From a virus (Duplodnaviria; Heunggongvirae; Uroviricota; Caudoviricetes): 10,500 nt of DNA. The position numbers and the translations under genes were made by a program. Of this stretch, positions 5,028 through 9,737 are shown piece by piece (the first letter of the stretch is position 1; every line of letters begins with the position of its first letter). The stretch is from positions 1-10,500 of the IMG/VR virus record IMGVR_UViG_2703718869_000008. The stretch is one strand, 5' to 3'. The notes under the pieces are model-generated. The model saw only the letters and a program-made list of their open reading frames with translations, searched no databases and was not told where the DNA came from.

Positions 5028-5860
5028 ACAGTTTAACGGCAAATAACCGTTTGTCGCAACAGCTGGTGTTCAGTGTCGCTGAACACCTGTTGTTACGGCA
5101 TGAATGCAGATTACCAAATCACCTGGCTGTAAGTAACCACAGAGAACTTTACCTGACTGTGGGGGGCGAGTTGTGCTGGAACTTAACCGCTGGTTTCGTG
5201 ACGGAAGAGGGCTTTATGTCCATGTTATTCGTTGGGAGCCAGAAACACAGCGCGTTATCTATCTTCGCAAAGACTACCCGCATGAGTGCTTTAGTCCTTT
5301 GTGGAAATTCAGGCGTGATTTTGTTGAGTGTGAAGGACCACCAGCACATTGATTCTGCCATTCCGGGACGTTACACTGTTCAGGCACCTTATAAAGCGGG
5401 TGTCGGGATTGGCGTCCTGGAATTGCATACGGCGACAATTGGCGCGTTAGCGTCTTTTTTGTTGCTACAACTCAGCTATACCCAAATTATGGTGGGCTGG
5501 GTGGGGGCACCGAAAGGTGCGCCGGTTTCCGTATGCGCCGGTTACGCCAACCCTGCTCAGTTCACCACCAGCGAAATTGGCGTTTCCGGTGGTGGAAGTT
5601 ATCCATTGCATACGGAGGCTGCCATCATGGCTACTGTCCCAGCCCTCTCTCGTCTGAATGATGAAGACTTACATAAACTCAGTTATGTAACAACTGCACT
5701 ACGTGCTCTGCGCAAGGTAACTCTTTCGGATCCGCAGGCGCATCAGGTTTTGGTAGAAACCCTTCTTAACTTGCAGGCTGAACGTATTCGTCTGGCGGAT
5801 AAGGCTAATTTTCATATTCACCGTCTCCTGAATATCAGCGGAGGGCATCGTCATGCTTAA
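5024..5860 (+). CDS. 278-codon ORF of uncertain authenticity. It may be a composite of several shorter coding units.
   Basis: It is the only long ORF over this span and is ATGA-coupled to the upstream gene. First-position G enrichment over 5354-5626 supports this frame there. Three points argue against a single gene: a better-supported alternative frame at 5173-5352, an internal hairpin followed by T6 at 5441-5460, and a strong internal SD GGAGG (5614-5618) plus ATG 5627 that would give a 77-aa product (MATVPALSRLNDEDLHKL...). Confidence 0.4.
   Translation: MNSLTANNRLSQQLVFSVAEHLLLRHECRLPNHLAVSNHRELYLTVGGELCWNLTAGFVTEEGFMSMLFVGSQKHSALSIFAKTTRMSALVLCGNSGVILLSVKDHQHIDSAIPGRYTVQAPYKAGVGIGVLELHTATIGALASFLLLQLSYTQIMVGWVGAPKGAPVSVCAGYANPAQFTTSEIGVSGGGSYPLHTEAAIMATVPALSRLNDEDLHKLSYVTTALRALRKVTLSDPQAHQVLVETLLNLQAERIRLADKANFHIHRLLNISGGHRHA
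5173..5352 (+). CDS. Small DUF4222-like protein (59 aa, GTG start) in the -1 frame relative to the 278-codon ORF.
   Basis: My own translation is MLELNRWFRDGRGLYVHVIRWEPETQRVIYLRKDYPHECFSPLWKFRRDFVECEGPPAH. It aligns without gaps to residues 25-70 of the product of 5853..6089, sharing W, G, V, E.Q+VI and PL..FR. A G-rich stretch (GGGGGGCGAG) lies upstream of the GTG. At 59 aa it is shorter than any ORF listed in the track. Confidence 0.55.
   Translation: MLELNRWFRDGRGLYVHVIRWEPETQRVIYLRKDYPHECFSPLWKFRRDFVECEGPPAH
5441..5463 (+). terminator. Weak terminator-like hairpin plus T-run (possible tR1 analogue) inside the 278-codon ORF.
   Basis: GGCGC-gtta-GCGTC (5 bp including one G-U pair) followed by TTTTTTGTT. 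The stem is short, so this is tentative. Confidence 0.3.
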
Positions 5861-6089
5861 TCCGTTGATCCTCAATATTTGCCGTTTGCTTCAGCGTAAA
5901 AAAACATCAATTCCTACAGTTGGGCAGTGGTACACCACGCCTGCAGGGCATGTTCTACGTGTCAGCCTGGTTGACCGTGAATGTCAGAAGGTGATTTGTG
6001 AACCGCTGGGCCGTAATTACCGCGTCAGTATGCCGCTTATAGCCTTTCGCTCCGGAAAAAACATGAAGCATCTCGGAGGTGCAGCATGA
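5853..6089 (+). CDS. Small DUF4222-like protein (78 aa).
   Basis: SD GGAGGG (5840-5845) lies 7 nt before the ATG. The stop overlaps the next start as ATGA. The core GQWYTTPAGHVLRVSLVDRECQKVICEPLG fits the pattern I recall for DUF4222. Confidence 0.7.
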   Translation: MLNPLILNICRLLQRKKTSIPTVGQWYTTPAGHVLRVSLVDRECQKVICEPLGRNYRVSMPLIAFRSGKNMKHLGGAA

Positions 6090-6904
6090 GTATGGAGCTG
6101 ATGGTTAAAGCGATGAAAATTCGAGTGGGTAATCCATTGCGAAAACTGGTTCTGATCAAGCTGGCTGATAATGCCAGCGATCAGGGTGAGTGCTGGCCCA
6201 GCTACCAGCATATTGCTGACCAGTGCGAGATTAGCAAACGTTCTGTGATGAATCATATTGCGGCCCTTTGTGATTCCGGGCTGGTAAAAAAAGTCACCCG
6301 GAAAGGTGAAAAAGGTAACTCAAGTAATATCTATCTCCTTCATCTTGATGGTGCAGGAGATTCACTAGGGGGTAGTGCAAATAATTCACTATCTAGTGCA
6401 GCAAATTCACCAGGTAGTGCAGGAGTTGCACCAGGGGGTGGTGCAGGAGATTCACCCAGAACCAGTCACTCTTTTGAACCAGTCAAAGAACCAGTCAATG
6501 AACCAATAGCTGTTGGTGCATCTGCTGATGAGTCCGTGCGAGTTCGTTCAAACCGACCGGAATACTCTCCGGAGTTTGAGCAGGCATGGCTGGCATACCC
6601 CAAACGTGCTGGTGGCAATTCAAAATCTGCAGCCTTCAAAGCCTGGAAAGCTCGTTTGAATGAGGGGGTAAAACCCGAAACCATGCTGGAAGGTGTGAAA
6701 CGCTACGCGGGCTGGGTATCTGCGATGGGTAACAGCGGCACACAATTTGTGAAACAGGCTGTCACGTTCTTTGGTCCGGATCGTCATTTCGAAGAATCCT
6801 GGGAAGTTCCTGCGGTATCTGCAGCCAGACGCGAGGACCCGTACTTCAAAGCCAGTTACGACAACGTGGACTACAGCCAGATCCCGGCAGGATTCAGGGG
6901 GTGA
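6086..6904 (+). CDS. Replication initiator, O-like (N-terminal winged HTH, internal iteron-encoded linker, conserved C-terminal domain), 272 aa.
   Basis: SD GGAGG lies 6 nt before the ATG. The N-terminus LRKLVLIKLADNASDQGECWPSYQHIADQCEISKRSVMNHIAALCDSGLV is an HTH_36-like motif typical of phage initiators. The C-terminus contains FEQAWLAYPKRAGGNSKSAAFKAWKARL. The position and the internal iterons parallel lambda O. Confidence 0.8.
   Translation: MSMELMVKAMKIRVGNPLRKLVLIKLADNASDQGECWPSYQHIADQCEISKRSVMNHIAALCDSGLVKKVTRKGEKGNSSNIYLLHLDGAGDSLGGSANNSLSSAANSPGSAGVAPGGGAGDSPRTSHSFEPVKEPVNEPIAVGASADESVRVRSNRPEYSPEFEQAWLAYPKRAGGNSKSAAFKAWKARLNEGVKPETMLEGVKRYAGWVSAMGNSGTQFVKQAVTFFGPDRHFEESWEVPAVSAARREDPYFKASYDNVDYSQIPAGFRG
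6350..6508. repeat. Candidate replication origin inside the initiator gene: five 16-bp iterons plus a second triplet repeat.
   Basis: RGTGCA-N5/6-T(T/G)CAC units sit at 6350-6365, 6374-6389, 6395-6410, 6416-6431 and 6440-6455. Spacings are 24/21/21/24 bp, and the first and last copies are identical (GGTGCAGGAGATTCAC). These are followed by AACCAGTCA at 6461, 6477 and 6489, plus a degenerate AACCAATA at 6501. Confidence 0.6.
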
Positions 6905-6906
6905 TC

Positions 6907-7395
6907 ATGAGTCTTTTGAATGAAGTTCAGAAATTCATTGAAGCCCATCCGGGGTGTACTTCCGGAGACATTGCGGATGCTTTTGCAGGTTACTCACGGC
7001 AGCGCGTTCTGCAGTCAGCAAGCAAGTTACGTCAGAGTGGGCGTGTGGCTCACCGTTGTGAAGGAGATACACGCAGACATTTCCCGCGCCTGACTGAGAG
7101 AGCGCAGGAACCGGAACCACAACCAGTTCGAGAAACCAGACCTGTGCGCAATTTCTATGTCGGCACTAACGATCCACGGGTGATTTTGTGCCTGACCCGC
7201 CAGGCTGAAGAACTGGAGTCCAGGGGCTTATACCGTCGTGCTGCAACCGTGTGGATGGCGGCATTCCGTGAAAGCCACTCCCAGCCAGAACAAAACAATT
7301 TTCTGGCGCGTCGTGAGCGGTGCTTACGGAAAAGCAGCAAGCGCGCTGCATCGGGTGAAGAGTGGTATCTGTCAGGGAATTACGTGGGGGCTTAA
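6907..7395 (+). CDS. Winged-helix N-terminal / PerC-ANR-like C-terminal regulator-like protein (162 aa).
   Basis: The track starts at GTG 6901. I prefer ATG 6907, which follows GGGGGTGA. The N-terminus VQKFIEAHPGCTSGDIADAFAGYSRQRVLQSASKLRQSGRV looks like a winged helix. The C-terminus AEELESRGLYRRAATVWMAAF...ARRERCL resembles the PerC/ANR motif from memory. Confidence 0.6.
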   Translation: MSLLNEVQKFIEAHPGCTSGDIADAFAGYSRQRVLQSASKLRQSGRVAHRCEGDTRRHFPRLTERAQEPEPQPVRETRPVRNFYVGTNDPRVILCLTRQAEELESRGLYRRAATVWMAAFRESHSQPEQNNFLARRERCLRKSSKRAASGEEWYLSGNYVGA

Positions 7396-8048
7396 TGAGT
7401 AATAAATATTGCCAGGCGCTGGTGGAACTGCGGAACAAACCAGCCCATGAACTGAAGGAAGTGGGCGATCAGTGGCGCACGCCGGACAACATTTTCTGGG
7501 GAATTAACACCCTGTTTGGCCCGTTTGTTCTGGATCTGTTTACTGACGGTGATAACGCCAAATGTGCCGCGTATTACACGGCGGAAGATAACGCGCTGGC
7601 GCATGACTGGTCAGAACGTCTTGCGGAGCTTAAAGGTGCTGCCTTTGGTAATCCCCCATACAGCCGCGCCAGTCAGCATGAGGGGAAATACATCACTGGC
7701 ATGCGTTACATCATGAAGCATGCCAGTGCCATGCGTGATAAAGGCGGGCGCTATGTTTTCCTGATCAAAGCTGCCACCAGCGAAGTGTGGTGGCCGGAAG
7801 ATGCAGATCATATTACTTTTATTCGCGGGCGTATTGGTTTTGAACTGCCTGTCTGGTTTATCCCGAAAGACGAGAAGCAGGTACCGACAGGAGCTTTTTT
7901 CGCTGGTGCTATTGCTGTTTTTGACAAGACCTGGAAGGGACCGGCAATCAGCTACATTGGGCGCGATGAACTTGAGGCATGTGGTGAGGCGTTTCTGGCG
8001 CAGGTTCGCCAGCAGGCGGAAAAACTGGTCAGGGAGATGGCTGCATGA
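7395..8048 (+). CDS. Phage N6-adenine DNA methyltransferase (Dam-type, PF05869-like), 217 aa.
   Basis: The in-frame ATG at 7395 overlaps the upstream stop as TAATG (MSNKYCQAL...). The motifs WRTPDNIF and FGNPPYS (NPPY catalytic motif) are characteristic of the phage Dam family. Confidence 0.85.
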   Translation: MSNKYCQALVELRNKPAHELKEVGDQWRTPDNIFWGINTLFGPFVLDLFTDGDNAKCAAYYTAEDNALAHDWSERLAELKGAAFGNPPYSRASQHEGKYITGMRYIMKHASAMRDKGGRYVFLIKAATSEVWWPEDADHITFIRGRIGFELPVWFIPKDEKQVPTGAFFAGAIAVFDKTWKGPAISYIGRDELEACGEAFLAQVRQQAEKLVREMAA

Positions 8049-8371
8049 CGACATTAACTCAATGCCAGCAGCAGGTGCTGGATATGCTGATTTCTTATCA
8101 GAAAGAGCGTGGCTTTCCGCCAACCAATCAGGAGGTGGCAACCATGCTGGGATACCGTTCAGTGAATGCAGCGGTAGAGCATCTTCGCGCACTGGAGAAA
8201 AAAGGCGTCATCACGATAAAGCGTGGCGTGGCCCGGGGGATAACGCTTCATACCGCGGTGAAGGACGACGACAGCGAGGCGGTCGGGATTATCCACTCAC
8301 TGCTTGCCGGTGAGGAAAACGCAAGGCTGCGTGCAACCCACTGGTTACATGAGAGGGGCCTGAAAGTATGA
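8045..8371 (+). CDS. LexA DNA-binding-domain-only protein (108 aa, no S24 protease domain).
   Basis: Residues 1-70 align without gaps to the N-terminal winged helix of E. coli LexA as I recall it: LT..QQ.V.D.I......G.PPT..E.A..LG.RS.NAA.EHL.AL..KGVI.I..G..RGI.L. The protein ends about 35 aa later with no Ala-Gly/Ser/Lys module. ATGA overlaps are present at both ends. Confidence 0.85.
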   Translation: MTTLTQCQQQVLDMLISYQKERGFPPTNQEVATMLGYRSVNAAVEHLRALEKKGVITIKRGVARGITLHTAVKDDDSEAVGIIHSLLAGEENARLRATHWLHERGLKV

Positions 8372-8763
8372 AGCTGATCCTGCCTTTTCCGCCCAGCGTG
8401 AACACGTACTGGCGACACCCCAACAAAGGGGCGTTTGCTGGTAAGAGCCTGATAAGCGCGGCGGGGCGCAAATTCCAGAGCGCGGCGTGTGCAGCAATAG
8501 TTGAGCAGTTACGTCGTCTGCCAAAACCAACGTCGGCACCTGCATCAGTGGAGATCGTGTTGTTTCCTCCGGATAACCGGATCCGCGATCTGGACAACTA
8601 TAACAAGGCGCTGTTTGACGCCCTGACCCACGCGGGTGTGTGGGAAGACGACAGTCAGGTGAAAAGAATGCTGGTGGAGTGGGGACCGGTTATCCCGGAA
8701 GGGAAGGTCGAGATCACTATCAGTAAGTACGAAAAAGCGAGTTGCAAATTAGCAACTCGGTAA
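8368..8763 (+). CDS. rusA: RusA-family Holliday junction resolvase (131 aa).
   Basis: MKLILPFPPSVNTYWRH...RIRDLDNYNKALFDALTHAGVWEDDSQV is the canonical RusA signature, including the catalytic Asp cluster. Confidence 0.9.
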   Translation: MKLILPFPPSVNTYWRHPNKGAFAGKSLISAAGRKFQSAACAAIVEQLRRLPKPTSAPASVEIVLFPPDNRIRDLDNYNKALFDALTHAGVWEDDSQVKRMLVEWGPVIPEGKVEITISKYEKASCKLATR

Positions 8764-8768
8764 CGGAA

Positions 8769-8797
8769 TTGAGCAACACCCTAAATTTGGGTATTAC
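8769..8797 (+). promoter_or_regulatory. Candidate sigma70 promoter for the antirepressor gene.
   Basis: TTGAGC (8769-8774) - 17 bp - TATTAC (8792-8797), located 11 bp upstream of the SOS box. The match to consensus is moderate. Confidence 0.35.
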
Positions 8798-8808
8798 CTC
8801 GTTAAAGA

Positions 8809-8828
8809 TACTGTATTTATGAACAGTG
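8809..8828. promoter_or_regulatory. LexA (SOS) box.
   Basis: TACTGTATTTATGAACAGTG matches the consensus TACTGTATATATATACAGTA at 16 of 20 positions. The CTGT-N8-ACAG core is intact (8811-8814 / 8823-8826). It lies in the 151-bp gap between rusA and the KilA-N gene. Confidence 0.7.
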
Positions 8829-8914
8829 TATCCTTGATAACTATTAAAAATCGCAGTAAGTTCATCTTGCATCAACGAAAAGGGAGTGCAGTCCCGAAAT
8901 TTGTGGAGAAACCA

Positions 8915-9730
8915 ATGAATCAGTTGCTTGTAATTGATGGCGTTTCTGTGCGCCAGTACTTTGAATCTAACTACTGTCTTAACGACCTTCAGAAAGCTGC
9001 TCTTCTTGCCGCTGGTGAGAATCGCTCCTCCCGTTCGCTGGAAGTTCACGAGTTTATGCGTCGTCCTGAAACGAAGGCTCTTGTGGAATTACTGGAAGAA
9101 GAAACTACGGGAGATTCCCGTAGTATTCCTGTCATCACCATTCAGGGGCGCAATGGTGGGACGTATGTCTGTAAAGAGCTGGTCTATGCATATGCAATGT
9201 GGATCAGCCCGGCATTCAGCTTAAAAGTGATACGTACTTTTGATGCGCTTCATAATTCATCACCAGAAGAAACCACATCCGACAAAATTAAATCCGGGGT
9301 CATTCTGCTTGAATCAGCAGCAAAGACTCTAAATCTGTCAAACTCCTCGAAACTTGGTGCATACCAGAAATTATCAAAGGTAGCTGGTCTTCCTGAACTT
9401 ATGCCGATCTATGCCATTGATGCACCTGCTGATGCGCCAGATGGTTCAAGCCGCCCTACGCTGTCGCTGAGTGCACTGCTGAAGCAGTATGGTATCCGCC
9501 TGACGGCTAATCAGGCATATCACCAGATGGTGAAGCTGGGGATCGTCGAGCAGCGCGAACGATACAGCCGTACCGGGATTAACAACATCAAAAAATTCTG
9601 GTCGCTGACGGCGAAAGGCTGCATGTTCGGCAAGAACATCACCAGTCCCGCAAATCCGCGCGAGACGCAGCCGCATTTCTTCGAATCCCGATTCCCTGAG
9701 CTGTTAAAGCTGCTCGATACCGTTCATTGA
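8915..9730 (+). CDS. Antirepressor-type protein: KilA-N domain plus KilAC/ANT-like C-terminal domain (271 aa).
   Basis: Track ORF 8819..9730. I prefer ATG 8915 (MNQLLVIDG...), preceded by GGAGAA, because the ATG at 8819 lies inside the SOS box. The N-terminus (...YCLNDLQKAA...GGTYVCKELVYAYAMWISPAFSLKVIRTFD) is KilA-N. The C-terminus (LSALLKQYGIRLTANQAYHQMVKLGIVEQRE...FWSLTAKGCMFGKN) resembles the KilAC/ANT domain. Confidence 0.8.
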   Translation: MNQLLVIDGVSVRQYFESNYCLNDLQKAALLAAGENRSSRSLEVHEFMRRPETKALVELLEEETTGDSRSIPVITIQGRNGGTYVCKELVYAYAMWISPAFSLKVIRTFDALHNSSPEETTSDKIKSGVILLESAAKTLNLSNSSKLGAYQKLSKVAGLPELMPIYAIDAPADAPDGSSRPTLSLSALLKQYGIRLTANQAYHQMVKLGIVEQRERYSRTGINNIKKFWSLTAKGCMFGKNITSPANPRETQPHFFESRFPELLKLLDTVH

Positions 9731-9737
9731 GGTGACC

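Noticed and set aside
5491-5572. A tRNA-like or retron-msr-like impression from GC-rich hairpins ending in ...TTCACCACCA.
   Set aside because: There is no cloverleaf. It lacks a T-arm GTTCRANYC-type motif and an anticodon-arm geometry, and acceptor pairing with the 5' side is absent. No reverse transcriptase gene is present in the window to support a retron.
8289-8297. A DnaA-box-like TTATCCACT (8 of 9 matches to TTATCCACA).
   Set aside because: It is a single isolated near-match inside the coding sequence of the LexA-like gene. It is not clustered and is not near the iteron or ori region, so it is consistent with chance.
7611-8313. Long overlapping ORFs opposite to or out of frame with the Dam and LexA-like genes (7611..8192 minus, 193 aa; 7801..8313 plus, 170 aa).
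   Set aside because: The sense-frame products carry unmistakable family motifs (NPPY, LexA winged helix). The alternative translations are Arg/Ser/Leu-rich with no motifs, which is typical of shadow ORFs in GC-balanced coding DNA.
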